From: an uncultured Burkholderiales bacterium
GTDB lineage: Bacteria; Pseudomonadota; Gammaproteobacteria; Burkholderiales; Burkholderiaceae_C
Length of the DNA stretch: 64,000 nt
Direction of reading: 5' to 3'
Assembly (NCBI GenBank): GCA_903828695.1
Contig: CAIKNE010000039.1
Coordinates: 14,191 to 78,190, forward strand
Both the position numbers and the translations under genes were made by a program. This document shows, in pieces, positions 9,166-19,140 of this stretch. Below the pieces are notes generated by a model. That model worked only from the letters and a program-made list of their open reading frames with translations. It did not search any database and was not told the DNA's origin. Numbering within the stretch: the stretch's first letter is position 1; every line of letters starts with the position of its first letter.

Positions 9166-10059
9166 ATGTCTATTTATATCAATAAAAATACAAAAGTTAT
9201 TACACAAGGTATTACAGGTAAGACGGGTCAGTTTCACACAGAGAAATGCCAAGAATACGCCAACGGTAAGAATTGTTTTGTTGCGGGTGTCAATCCCAAA
9301 AAAGCGGGCGAATCTATCTTTAATATTCCAATCTTTGCGACTGTTAAAGAGGCTGCTCATCAAACAGGTGCAACCGTATCAGTTATCTACGTGCCCCCAG
9401 CCGGTGCTGCAGCCGCAATTTGGGAAGCCGTAGAAGCGGATCTTGATTTTGCGATCTGTATTACCGAAGGCATCCCAGTGCGCGATATGTTGGAGGTGCG
9501 AAATAAAATGAAGGCTAAAGAGGCCGCTGGCGGTAAAAGAACTCTGCTCCTTGGTCCTAACTGCCCCGGTTTGATCACGCCTGATGAAATCAAAATTGGG
9601 ATCATGCCAGGACACATTCACCGAAAAGGGCGAATCGGCGTTGTATCTCGCTCCGGAACTTTGACGTACGAGGCTGTAGCACAACTGACTGAGATTGGAC
9701 TTGGACAGTCTAGCGCTGTGGGTATTGGTGGTGACCCCATCAACGGTCTCAAGCATATTGATGTGATGAAGGCTTTTAACGACGATCCAGATACGGATGC
9801 GGTCATTATGATTGGTGAAATCGGTGGGCCTGACGAGGCTGAGGCAGCTCGTTGGTGCAAAGCGAATATGAAAAAACCAATTGTTGGGTTCATCGCAGGC
9901 GTTACTGCACCAGCCGGCAAGCGCATGGGTCACGCAGGCGCTCTGATCTCTGGTGGTGAGGATACGGCAGATGCAAAGCTCCAAATTATGGAAGAGTGCG
10001 GATTTAAAGTCACACGCAATCCCTCTGAAATGGCAAAACTCTTAAAAGCAATGATTTAA
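9166..10059 (+). CDS. sucD: Succinate--CoA ligase subunit alpha
   Basis: TKVITQGITGKTGQFH, LGPNCPG, GKRMGHAGA. Confidence 0.99.
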   Translation: MSIYINKNTKVITQGITGKTGQFHTEKCQEYANGKNCFVAGVNPKKAGESIFNIPIFATVKEAAHQTGATVSVIYVPPAGAAAAIWEAVEADLDFAICITEGIPVRDMLEVRNKMKAKEAAGGKRTLLLGPNCPGLITPDEIKIGIMPGHIHRKGRIGVVSRSGTLTYEAVAQLTEIGLGQSSAVGIGGDPINGLKHIDVMKAFNDDPDTDAVIMIGEIGGPDEAEAARWCKANMKKPIVGFIAGVTAPAGKRMGHAGALISGGEDTADAKLQIMEECGFKVTRNPSEMAKLLKAMI

Positions 10060-10118
10060 AAAACTCAAGCGCTAGTTCCCACTTTTAGGGAACTAGGGCT
10101 AGAGTAGTCAGAGTTTTT
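10060..10118. terminator. Stem-loop after sucD, probable terminator
   Basis: CTAGTTCCC-N7-GGGAACTAG (10072-10096), flanked by AAAAACTC and GAGTTTTT. Confidence 0.55.
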
Positions 10119-10137
10119 AACGATCTTTAATTCAGAT

Positions 10138-10680
10138 ATGAAACAAGCCACCTCTTTATCCTCTAGCCAGCGTGGCTTCACTCTGATACAAGTCATGCTG
10201 ATCCTAGGTTTACTGGGCGTGGTGTTGACAGTTGCGACCTCCGCTTATCTCAAGCACCAATCAAAACACTACGTTAAGGAAGCATTGGTTGAGGCCGGTC
10301 AAGCCAGGCAAGTTGTAGCAGAAAACGCGAAATCGGACGCAGCAGAAACAACCAAAGATTGGGCCAAGGGCTATGCAAAGAAGACGGGTGAGAACCACGC
10401 CTGGACAGTTTACGTAGATCCAATAAGCGCGGCTGTAGTTGTCACCCTCTGGTTGTCTAAGGATCCGCAAACACTGCTTTGGGTTCCATTAAAGGACGGC
10501 TCAACTCAAGCTGAATCAGGGTCTGTGTCGCTTGGACAAATGAGTGAGGGCGGTCTGAACTGGGTGTGTGTTCTCAAGGATGAGAGCATGCCTGACGTAT
10601 CTAAACTCTTCGCTCCGCTATCTGCCACAGTTCCTAAGGCAGACTTTAGTGGGGATTTGGTTACGAGTGATTGTCGATAG
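10138..10680 (+). CDS. Type IV pilin-like protein
   Basis: Class III signal QRG|FTLIQVMLILGLLGVV, hydrophobic helix, C-terminal Cys pair (NWVC...SDCR). Confidence 0.8.
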   Translation: MKQATSLSSSQRGFTLIQVMLILGLLGVVLTVATSAYLKHQSKHYVKEALVEAGQARQVVAENAKSDAAETTKDWAKGYAKKTGENHAWTVYVDPISAAVVVTLWLSKDPQTLLWVPLKDGSTQAESGSVSLGQMSEGGLNWVCVLKDESMPDVSKLFAPLSATVPKADFSGDLVTSDCR

Positions 10681-10713
10681 TACTGCAGCCTCTTGAAAAT
10701 CCGCGCCTTAGCC

Positions 10714-11193
10714 TTAAGCGCTCACGGCTACAAAGTGGCCTGATTTACCGCCCAGTTTCTCAGCCAAATGAATGTTATCCATTCTCATACCGCGGTCAAC
10801 GGCCTTACACATATCGTAAATTGTTAAAAGCGCTACTTGAACGGCGGTCAGCGCCTCCATCTCAACCCCCGTTGGTCCAGTCGTCTCTGCAGTCGCGGTG
10901 CAGGTGATTTGAGAGGATTGCGGTTTGGTTTCAAAGGATACACTGACATGTGTTAGCGCAATCGGATGACACAGTGGAATTAAATCACTCGTACGCTTTG
11001 AGGCCTGGATGCCTGCAATACGTGCGATTCCCAGTACATCACCTTTTTTGGCGTTTCCGTTTAAGATCATCTCAAAAGTAGACGCGCTCATGGTTACCGT
11101 ACCTTTGGCAACTGCTCTTCGGTGAGTATGCGCTTTACTGCTCACATCCACCATATGAGCGTCGCCTTGAGAGTTGAAATGCGTTAAAGACAT
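10714..11193 (-). CDS. moaC: Cyclic pyranopterin monophosphate synthase
   Basis: [45 protein letters not shown]. Start trimmed to ATG 11193. Confidence 0.96.
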   Translation of the reverse strand: MSLTHFNSQGDAHMVDVSSKAHTHRRAVAKGTVTMSASTFEMILNGNAKKGDVLGIARIAGIQASKRTSDLIPLCHPIALTHVSVSFETKPQSSQITCTATAETTGPTGVEMEALTAVQVALLTIYDMCKAVDRGMRMDNIHLAEKLGGKSGHFVAVSA

Positions 11194-11236
11194 GATTGGA
11201 ACTTTATAAATTATTTTCGGGTAATATCCAAGCAAG

Positions 11237-12832
11237 ATGAATAAACTCAACTCAAGTGCTTGCAAGAAACCCTGGACCTTTAAACAAAGCATAGTGCTAA
11301 CTTGTGTTGGCACTACTCTCCTCCTTAGCAGTGTAACTCTCAACGCTCAATATGCATCGGGACGGCTTCCAAGTTTAGGGGAGAACACGGAGATGACTTT
11401 GGGGCAGGAGCTCAAAATAGGACAGTCCGTTGTGCGAGAAATAGTGCACGACCCTGACTATGTTGATGATCCGGTATTGGTTGAATACGTGGATACCATT
11501 TGGCGCACTTTAAGGGAGACCTCCTTAAATAAAGGTTACTTAAATCAAGAGCTGAGTGAGCGATTTGCTTGGGAGGTACTGCTCATTAGGGACAAGTCGG
11601 TTAACGCATTTGCCCTGCCGGGCGGCTTTATGGGGGTGCATTTAGGTTTGATCTCGATCGTCTCTAACCGAGATGAGCTCGCCTCAGTTTTGGGGCATGA
11701 GTTGAGCCATATTTCTCAAAGGCACATCGCGCGCATGATGTCCAAACAAGGTCAGCAAACGCCTCTGTTTTTAGGGACCATGTTGCTGGGACTGATCGCA
11801 GCAAGTAGGAGCCCAAACGCTGCCGGGGCGCTGATTATGGGGGGTCAAGCAGGTGCAATGCAAACGCAGCTAAACTTCTCAAGAGACATGGAACGCGAGG
11901 CAGACCGGGTAGGTTTCTCGGTGATGGAGCAAGCCGGGTACGACCCCGTTGGCTTTGTGACGATGTTCCAAAAACTTGAGCAAGCCTCAAGACTCAACGA
12001 CAACGGAGGGTTCCCTTACTTACGAAGTCACCCACTGACAAGTGAGCGTATTGCGGATATGCAAGGACGTATGCCTGTAAATAGTCTTTTCCAGCCTAAG
12101 ACTATGTCCTTGGAGCACGCCATGATCTCTGCGCGTGCAAAAGTTTTGGTGAATCCCGAGCCCGATGAGCAACATTTTTTCAGCGCGCAAGCCAACACGT
12201 CAAACTCAAACGGACTCAGCAATATAAATGCGTTAAAGAGTAACGCCCCTCTTTGGCTATCGACCTTATATGCAGCAACGCTTGCTGAGATTCATATGAA
12301 AAACTGGGCGCTTGCAGAAAAACATTTGCAAGAGTTGGCACCGTTGGTTGTGAAAGACATGGCTGCGCAAAAGTTGTTAATCTTTTTGAAGGCTGAGTAT
12401 GCGGCTGCAAAGGGCAATCCAAGTGAAGCAGCAACGCTGATCCAGACATTGCCAAAGTCGCGAGCCCAAATCTTGATGCTCAGTCAATACCGAAACGCAA
12501 CGCACACCGTCAGTGAAGCCAAACTGGTTACGGATAGCTTGCAACTTTGGTTGGCACAGCACCCTGCAGATTCGTTGGCATGGGAGCTTATGTCTGCGGC
12601 GCTGCTCGCAAGTGGCAATACCATTGGGGGGATTCGCGCTGACGCCGAGGCCCAGGCCGCGCACTGGGACTTTGCCTCCGCAGTAGACCGCTTAAAAGCA
12701 GCCCAAGATCTGACGCGTCAAATGGCTCGTCAAAACGGGCTCGATCCAACAGCGCAGTTTGAAGCATCCATCGTTGATGTGAGATTAAGAAATCTAGAGG
12801 CTGCGCGCAAGGAACAAGCGCTCGAGCGCTGA
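11237..12832 (+). CDS. M48 family metalloprotease, BepA/YfgC-like
   Basis: [13 protein letters not shown] zinc motif, [20 protein letters not shown]; helical C-terminus. Confidence 0.92.
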   Translation: MNKLNSSACKKPWTFKQSIVLTCVGTTLLLSSVTLNAQYASGRLPSLGENTEMTLGQELKIGQSVVREIVHDPDYVDDPVLVEYVDTIWRTLRETSLNKGYLNQELSERFAWEVLLIRDKSVNAFALPGGFMGVHLGLISIVSNRDELASVLGHELSHISQRHIARMMSKQGQQTPLFLGTMLLGLIAASRSPNAAGALIMGGQAGAMQTQLNFSRDMEREADRVGFSVMEQAGYDPVGFVTMFQKLEQASRLNDNGGFPYLRSHPLTSERIADMQGRMPVNSLFQPKTMSLEHAMISARAKVLVNPEPDEQHFFSAQANTSNSNGLSNINALKSNAPLWLSTLYAATLAEIHMKNWALAEKHLQELAPLVVKDMAAQKLLIFLKAEYAAAKGNPSEAATLIQTLPKSRAQILMLSQYRNATHTVSEAKLVTDSLQLWLAQHPADSLAWELMSAALLASGNTIGGIRADAEAQAAHWDFASAVDRLKAAQDLTRQMARQNGLDPTAQFEASIVDVRLRNLEAARKEQALER

Positions 12833-13156
12833 ATCAATAATAATGCCGAGGCAAGAATATAAAATAGATCCTATTAGCGCGTTACCAAAACCGATCACTT
12901 CAAAGCCTTCTAAGAAGGATGAGGCCATCAAAAATACAAACGCATTGATGACAAATAAGAAAAGACCCATTGATAAAATGGTCACGGGTAGGGTCAGAAT
13001 TAATAACACAGGACGCACTACTAAATTAAGAAGTCCGATCACCAAAGAGGCCACTAAAGCAGAGCTAAACCCATTGACAATAATACCCTGATCAAAGCGT
13101 GAGAGTGCTAGAAGCGCTGCAGCGCTGAGAAACCATTTAATAAAAATTTTGATCAT
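12794..13156 (-). CDS. 4-TM membrane protein of the phage-holin superfamily IV (YvlD-like)
   Basis: Four hydrophobic segments with LLNLVVRPVLLILTLPVTILSMGLFLFVINA; start set at ATG 13156. Confidence 0.85.
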   Translation of the reverse strand: MIKIFIKWFLSAAALLALSRFDQGIIVNGFSSALVASLVIGLLNLVVRPVLLILTLPVTILSMGLFLFVINAFVFLMASSFLEGFEVIGFGNALIGSILYSCLGIIIDSALERLFLARSL

Positions 13157-13274
13157 GCGTTGATAGTAGCTTAAATTCAATGAGTTGCAACTCCCCCCAG
13201 AAACGAATAAATGAGGTCTATTTAACTGGCAAGCTGAGGTAACTGGACTAAAACGCTATCATCCCACCCTAATC

Positions 13275-13694
13275 ATGAGCGCTATACACATTACAGACAT
13301 CGAGGCCGCTATTAATTACTGGAGAGATCTAACACCTTCTCTAGACGGCGTGACATTATCCAAAGAACTCCGCTCGTTGGCCAAAGTTTATGCACTGATG
13401 GTTTACTTTAAAGAGGAGGAAGTAGCGGTAAAGGGGTTTCCCGAGCAAGCCTATCAAGCTTGGATGGCTTGGTATGACAGCACACCCGATACGCCTTGCA
13501 TCGCCATTTGCTCGACTAGCCAGGGAGACCCGATCTGCAAAGGCTGCGGACGAACCTTTGAGGAGGTTCAAAAATGGACAGAATTACCTGCTCCGCAAAA
13601 GAGAATGGTTTGGAAAAGAATTACCCAAGAGGGTACGGCGTGGCGTTTTAACCGCTACGCCGAGAGAGCCACTGAATCGGACACTCGGGGCTAG
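13275..13694 (+). CDS. DUF3717 + DUF1289 two-domain protein
   Basis: N-terminal IHITDIEAAINYWR; C-terminal PDTPCIAICST..DPICKGCGRTFEEVQKW. Confidence 0.75.
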   Translation: MSAIHITDIEAAINYWRDLTPSLDGVTLSKELRSLAKVYALMVYFKEEEVAVKGFPEQAYQAWMAWYDSTPDTPCIAICSTSQGDPICKGCGRTFEEVQKWTELPAPQKRMVWKRITQEGTAWRFNRYAERATESDTRG

Positions 13695-13745
13695 TGATCC
13701 CAAAGGGGGTTTGCGAGCAAAGCTCGCAATACCTGTGCTTACGCT

Positions 13746-15167
13746 TTAAATCTTAAGGGCCAATGATTCCGCTAAACCCGTGTACTGGGCAGGCGTCAGC
13801 TGCAAGAGTCGCTCTTTTTCGGCGCTGGGAATTTTGAGACTTTGAATTAAGGGGTGTAGATCCGAGGGGCCAATCACCTTGCCCCTTGTGGCTTCCTTGA
13901 GTTGTTCGTACGCCCCCTCAAGTCCAAAACGACGCATCACCGTTTGAATGGGCTCTGCGAGCACCTCCCAAGCGTTGTCCAAGTCCTTGGCAATAGCCTC
14001 TGGATTAACCTCAAGTTTAGATTGCCCTGCCAGCAGCGATTGGTAAGCAAGCACTGCATACCCGATCGCCACCCCCATGTTGCGAAGGACGGTGGAGTCG
14101 GTTAGATCACGTTGCCAACGGCTGATGGGGAGTTTTGCGCTTAAATGGTTGAGCAAAGCGTTGGACAAACCCAAGTTGCCCTCGGCATTTTCAAAATCGA
14201 TCGGGTTCACTTTGTGGGGCATGGTTGATGAGCCAATCTCTCCTGCCTTTAACTTTTGTTTAAAGTAGCCCAGGGAAACGTACCCCCAAACATCCCTAGA
14301 CCAATCAATCAAAATGGTATTGGTTCTGGCAACAGCATCAAACAACTCAGCCATGTAATCGTGTGGCTCGATTTGAATGGTGTAGTCTTGCTGATGAAGT
14401 CCCAGTCCAAAGAAAGCTAAATCATTGTCGTGATGGACGGGAGACTCGATAACGCGTTTACTAAACCCGTGCCAATCAAAATCAGGCCAAGCTACCATGT
14501 GAGCGTTGTAATTACCCACTGCCCCGTTCATTTTTGCCATGATTTGCACTTGTGCAATCTTCGCTTTAGATTTTGTAATGCGCGAGACAACGTTAGCTAT
14601 TTCTTTGCCAACTGTGGTCGGGCTGGCGGTCTGTCCGTGCGTGCGACTCAACATGGGAAGGCCTGCGAGGCGGTGTGCCATCTCGCTTAGTTGTGCAATC
14701 AATTGGTCCAAATATTTTAAGATGACCTCATCTCTTAGTGTACGAAGCTGCAGTGCGTGGCTGGTGTTGTTGATGTCCTCACTGGTACAGGCAAAGTGGA
14801 TGAATTCAATCGCATTGGTGAGCTCATCACGAACGCTGGCACTCAGATCGGATCGCTGGCATTGATTCTTAAGCCAATACTCCACTGCTTTGACATCATG
14901 ATTCGTTGTCTTCTCGATCTCTTTAATGGCTAAGGCATCAGAAGCACTGAACCCCTTCGCCCAATTTCGCATTTGAATTCTGGCCTCTTTGCTAAGGGGC
15001 CTAAATTCAGGCATGCCGGCATCACTTAAGGCTATGAACCAAGTAATTTCAACTTGAACGCGGCATCTAAAAAACCCCTCTTCACTCATCAGCGGGCGCA
15101 CGCTCGCTAACTTAGTGTGATAGCGCCCGTCAAGGGGAGATAAAGCAGAGATAGAGTGTTGTGTCAT
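13746..15167 (-). CDS. purB: Adenylosuccinate lyase
   Basis: SALSPLDGRY, TNHDVKAVEY, GSSTMPHKVNPIDFEN. Confidence 0.98.
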   Translation of the reverse strand: MTQHSISALSPLDGRYHTKLASVRPLMSEEGFFRCRVQVEITWFIALSDAGMPEFRPLSKEARIQMRNWAKGFSASDALAIKEIEKTTNHDVKAVEYWLKNQCQRSDLSASVRDELTNAIEFIHFACTSEDINNTSHALQLRTLRDEVILKYLDQLIAQLSEMAHRLAGLPMLSRTHGQTASPTTVGKEIANVVSRITKSKAKIAQVQIMAKMNGAVGNYNAHMVAWPDFDWHGFSKRVIESPVHHDNDLAFFGLGLHQQDYTIQIEPHDYMAELFDAVARTNTILIDWSRDVWGYVSLGYFKQKLKAGEIGSSTMPHKVNPIDFENAEGNLGLSNALLNHLSAKLPISRWQRDLTDSTVLRNMGVAIGYAVLAYQSLLAGQSKLEVNPEAIAKDLDNAWEVLAEPIQTVMRRFGLEGAYEQLKEATRGKVIGPSDLHPLIQSLKIPSAEKERLLQLTPAQYTGLAESLALKI

Positions 15168-15257
15168 CCTTAGATTTTAGGGCCAGGAGGGGCGGGTTGT
15201 TGTTTTCTCGCAAGACGAAAGGACTAAAATAAAGGTAGTACTTTAGAACGATAAAAG

Positions 15258-15869
15258 ATGAAACTCATTGGAACGATATCAAGCCCCTATGTGCGCAAAG
15301 TGCGCATCGTTATGGCCGAGAAAAAACTTGATTATGAATTCATGATCGACGATGTTTGGTCAAGCGATACAGCTATTCAGTCCTCTAATCCCCTAGGCAA
15401 AGTGCCTTGTCTGGTGATGGAGGGGGGTGAGGCTTTGTTTGACTCTCGAGTGATTGTGGAGTACCTGGACACTTTGTCCCCAGTTGGTAAGCTGATACCG
15501 CCTTCTGGGCGTGAGCGGGCAGAAGTCAAAACTTGGGAAGCCTTGTCGGATGGGCTGCTAGATGCAAGTATTTTGGCCAGGCTTGAGGAGCACTGGGCAG
15601 GTCGAACCGAGGCGCAGCGTTCTAAGGCCTGGATTGATCGTCAATTGGACAAGGTGAGTGCTTGTCTGAACTCATTCAGCTCCGCTTTGGGGGACAAGCC
15701 TTTTTGTGTTGGCAATCATTTGAGTTTGGCCGATATTTCGGTGGGTTGTGCTTTGGGTTACCTTGACTTTAGATTTCCAAAGATTAATTGGCGTGATAGT
15801 CATCCCAACTTGGGCCCTTACTTTGAAAAACTAAGGCTCAGACAAAGTTTTATAGATACAGCCCCCTGA
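15258..15869 (+). CDS. Glutathione S-transferase family protein
   Basis: SPYVRKVR, NPLGKVP, LFDSRVIVEYLD. Confidence 0.93.
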   Translation: MKLIGTISSPYVRKVRIVMAEKKLDYEFMIDDVWSSDTAIQSSNPLGKVPCLVMEGGEALFDSRVIVEYLDTLSPVGKLIPPSGRERAEVKTWEALSDGLLDASILARLEEHWAGRTEAQRSKAWIDRQLDKVSACLNSFSSALGDKPFCVGNHLSLADISVGCALGYLDFRFPKINWRDSHPNLGPYFEKLRLRQSFIDTAP

Positions 15870-15931
15870 GAAGCGTCAGAGTAAGGTCAAAGGGCCTGAC
15901 AAATACACTTGTCACCATAATTCAATTATTT

Positions 15932-16390
15932 CTAGGATTGGGGGGCGCTTGAGCGAGCCTTAATCCACTTGAATATAGCGCCAATCCCAGGAATCTTTTC
16001 ATAAATCTCCTCCGCTGGATCCCAGTAATCGCGGTGAGAAGTGATTTTGATAAGACCTTCTTGGTTGCGTGTCAAAAGAAGATGTGTACTCCCTTTGACC
16101 TTGAATGTGGACTTGGGGGATGACTTTAATGAAAATAAAAAGTCCCAACACATAAAGGCTTGATGAGCGTCAAAGAGTTGGTGGGTAATCACGAACCTAG
16201 GTTGCTCCAAGGTATCAAACATATGCTGAAAAATCTGTTGAATAGCCTGGCAACCTACAACAGAATTAAAGGGGTCTTTGAAGGTGGCATCACTTGCATA
16301 AAATTTGTTCAATTGGTTGAGACCATTGGGCGTGAGTTCCTCAAAGTACCGAGAAAGCTCTTGAATAAATGAGTCAGCGAATTGGTTCAA
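15932..16390 (-). CDS. NTF2/SnoaL-like protein
   Basis: FYASDATFKDPF...HRDYWD. Confidence 0.85.
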   Translation of the reverse strand: MNQFADSFIQELSRYFEELTPNGLNQLNKFYASDATFKDPFNSVVGCQAIQQIFQHMFDTLEQPRFVITHQLFDAHQAFMCWDFLFSLKSSPKSTFKVKGSTHLLLTRNQEGLIKITSHRDYWDPAEEIYEKIPGIGAIFKWIKARSSAPQS

Positions 16391-16394
16391 TGTT

Positions 16395-17171
16395 TTAGAG
16401 TCCGGTAAATCTACTAACGATGGGGAAATAAATTTTGTAGGGAAGTAATCTCAATAGTTTTAAAAAACGAGAGAATCTTTTGGGAAAGTGAATCTCAAAT
16501 TCACCCCGTCCATATCCAGAAATTATTTCCTGTGCCGCGGTGTCAGCAGAAATTAATGCCGGCATATGAAATGTATTTTGCGCTGTAAGCCCCGTCGCTA
16601 CAAATCCCGGGTTGACAACGCTTACCCCTATTCCCAAAGGGTGTAGATCTAAATAGAGAACTTCTGCTAAATGAATTAAGGCAGCTTTGGTCGGGCCGTA
16701 TGCCAAGCTTTTCGGCAGACCTGAGTAGCCAGCCACACTGGATATGAGGCTGATATGTCCCTTACCTTGTGCCGTTATGGTGGGCAAACAAGCACCCAGT
16801 AAATTAAGCGCTCCCAGATAATTAATTTCAAAATGTTTGCGAGCCTCCTCTAGGTTGAAATCTTGTGCACGCATCGGACTGTAGTGTCCGGCGCAATAAA
16901 CAATTAAATCGATTGATCGATCCTTTGACAAATTTTTATAAGCATGCTCAAGTAAAAAGGGCTGAGTGACGTCTAAGGCATAGGCCTGGGTGTTGGAGTG
17001 AGCCGCGACATAGTCTTTCAATAGGCCCTCATTTCGAGCTGATACGCTGACGTAAGCACCCAGTGCGTGTAGTTGTTGAGCCAGTGAGAGTCCGATACCG
17101 CTAGAGGCACCGATGATCCATGCGTGTTTGTTGCGCCAGTCTTTGATGGTAGGATTCATAAGGTGCTGCAA
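16395..17171 (-). CDS. Short-chain dehydrogenase/reductase
   Basis: WIIGASSGIG; catalytic YGPTK (YxxxK); VNPGFV. Confidence 0.93.
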   Translation of the reverse strand: MQHLMNPTIKDWRNKHAWIIGASSGIGLSLAQQLHALGAYVSVSARNEGLLKDYVAAHSNTQAYALDVTQPFLLEHAYKNLSKDRSIDLIVYCAGHYSPMRAQDFNLEEARKHFEINYLGALNLLGACLPTITAQGKGHISLISSVAGYSGLPKSLAYGPTKAALIHLAEVLYLDLHPLGIGVSVVNPGFVATGLTAQNTFHMPALISADTAAQEIISGYGRGEFEIHFPKRFSRFLKLLRLLPYKIYFPIVSRFTGL

Positions 17172-17227
17172 ATCCTGAGGAAGTGTATTGTTGAGAAATA
17201 GGCAGACTAAAAGATTTAGCCGCGGTG

Positions 17228-17785
17228 TCAGCTCTCTCGCTTGGTAAAGGATAAAGTAACCTCTCCTAAGCGAATACCAAACTTTGACATAGTGGCTTTA
17301 TTGAGCATTATGCGCTCATTCATCAAAAACATCCAATCGTCAAATTGCACGTTCCAAACGCTGTCATCAACAGGCAACGCAAGCGTGTAATTCCAGTGAA
17401 AGGTGTTCCCCCGACACTGGCCCGAAGCCGTACCTATCACATCCCCCGCCACCCCTGTGTAGTTGTTGTTCCCGGTGTGTGTTAGTTGCCAGATGCGTTT
17501 TTGTTTGGTACCGTCAGAGTAAGTGAAGTCCTCCTCTAAAGTCCCCACCTCTCCCGACCATGAGCAGTGCATAACAACGGTGAAGCGTTTGACTACTTTT
17601 CCGGATCTATCTGTAAAAATCCCCCACGCATCTACCGTACCGTTGAAATAACGCTTGAGGTCAAGAGTTGGGGTCTGCGTTGCATAGTCGTCAATGCCTG
17701 GAGAGGCACAACCTTGCAGGGTAACTAAAGCTGCAGAGGAACTCAATCCTAATCCAGTCGTCATTAAGCTTCTTCGTGTAAACAT
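17228..17785 (-). CDS. DUF3833 family lipoprotein
   Basis: Lipobox LQGC; LDLKRYFNG...AWGIF, FDDWM, KFGIRLGEV. Confidence 0.85.
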   Translation of the reverse strand: MFTRRSLMTTGLGLSSSAALVTLQGCASPGIDDYATQTPTLDLKRYFNGTVDAWGIFTDRSGKVVKRFTVVMHCSWSGEVGTLEEDFTYSDGTKQKRIWQLTHTGNNNYTGVAGDVIGTASGQCRGNTFHWNYTLALPVDDSVWNVQFDDWMFLMNERIMLNKATMSKFGIRLGEVTLSFTKRES

Positions 17786-17821
17786 AGTGTTGCCTTAGTT
17801 AATAAGCCTATTTGAAATGAA

Positions 17822-19057
17822 TTAGGCATCGATTTTTTTTAGTGTGAATTGAATAACGTCCAGATTTCGCTGATTAAAACCTGCTTCGCAGTAACAAAGA
17901 TAGAACTCCCACGTCCTCATAAACGCCTCATCAAAGCCAAGTTTACGAACCTGACTCGATTCAGTTTTAAACACACGTCTCCACTCTTTTAGAGTTGCGG
18001 CGTAATCTTGGCCAAAACAAAACTCGTCCACAACCTCTAAGCCGTTTGCGCGTGCAAGCGCTTTGAACCGAGAAGGGCTTGGTAGGCAACCCCCAGGGAA
18101 AATATACTGTTGTATGAAGTCTGTGCCTTTGATATATTGATCAAAGAGTCCGTCATCTATCACAATGGATTGAATACAGGCGAGCCCACCGGGTTTTAAG
18201 AGGCGATTGACATTTTTAAAATAAGTATTCCAGTACTCCTTTCCCACAGCTTCAAACATCTCAATGGACAAGATAGCATCGAAAGCGGGATCCTCAATAT
18301 CTCTATAGTCTTGAAGTCGCAAATCGGCATTCAAGCCTTTTCCTGCGAGGCGGGCTTTGGCATAATCTAACTGCGATGGGCTTAGCGTAACGCCCGTGTG
18401 CTGGGATTCAAAATCATTCACAACCACTTCAGCCAAACTGCCCCAGCCACAACCAATTTCCAGTACCTTTTGAGGCTTGCCCTTTTCTAATCCAACCATA
18501 CGACACGCTCTTTGGATCTTTGCGCGCTGGGCTTGTACCAAAGGAATGTTCTTAGACGTTTCATAAAGGGCCGATGAATACGTCATCGACTCATCCAGCC
18601 ATAAACTGTAAAAAGAGTTACCTAAATCATAATGCGCATGAATATTTTTAGTGCTATTTGTTCGGTTGTTTCGCCTACTCCAGTGCTTGATCTGATAGTA
18701 CAACCGGCCCACCCAAGTGCCGTAAATGATTCTATCAACAGCGCGCCTATTGGCAATAAAAAGCTCCATCAACTGCGTTAGGTCGTTTGTCTCCCATTCG
18801 CATGCAATATAAGACTCTGCAAAACCAATATCTCCGGATTTGAGCGCATTTTGAAACATATTCCAGTTCCTAACAACCAAATTGGATCTGCGCTCAGAAG
18901 ACTGGGTCTCACCAAAGCTGAGCGTGATTCCGTTGGGAAGTGTCAGCTCTAAACACCCATAGGCAAGGTGTTTGAGCATCTTCAGCACTTTTCTAGCAGG
19001 TCCAGGAATACTTGAGATGTCGATAGAGGATGATGAGTCAGATGAAGATACCAGCAT
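17822..19057 (-). CDS. Cfa-family SAM-dependent fatty-acid methyltransferase (cyclopropane synthase or UfaM-like)
   Basis: NIHAHYDLGNSFY, MTYSSA, VLEIGCGWG, SIEMFEAVG, YIFPGG. Confidence 0.93.
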   Translation of the reverse strand: MLVSSSDSSSSIDISSIPGPARKVLKMLKHLAYGCLELTLPNGITLSFGETQSSERRSNLVVRNWNMFQNALKSGDIGFAESYIACEWETNDLTQLMELFIANRRAVDRIIYGTWVGRLYYQIKHWSRRNNRTNSTKNIHAHYDLGNSFYSLWLDESMTYSSALYETSKNIPLVQAQRAKIQRACRMVGLEKGKPQKVLEIGCGWGSLAEVVVNDFESQHTGVTLSPSQLDYAKARLAGKGLNADLRLQDYRDIEDPAFDAILSIEMFEAVGKEYWNTYFKNVNRLLKPGGLACIQSIVIDDGLFDQYIKGTDFIQQYIFPGGCLPSPSRFKALARANGLEVVDEFCFGQDYAATLKEWRRVFKTESSQVRKLGFDEAFMRTWEFYLCYCEAGFNQRNLDVIQFTLKKIDA

Positions 19058-19140
19058 AAATCAAAAAATACAAAAGTTAAAGTTGTACACAAAGCTAAGG
19101 TTCTAACGCAGTTTGATTTTGCCCCACTTTACAGGCACAT

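Noticed and set aside
9379-9984. 201-aa antisense ORF in sucD, and similar shadows in sucC, purB, atpA and atpF
   Set aside because: Fully inside highly conserved genes and without recognisable motifs; explained by codon bias.
12794-13156. Holin as evidence of a prophage
   Set aside because: Flanked by housekeeping genes, with no lysin, structural or integrase genes.
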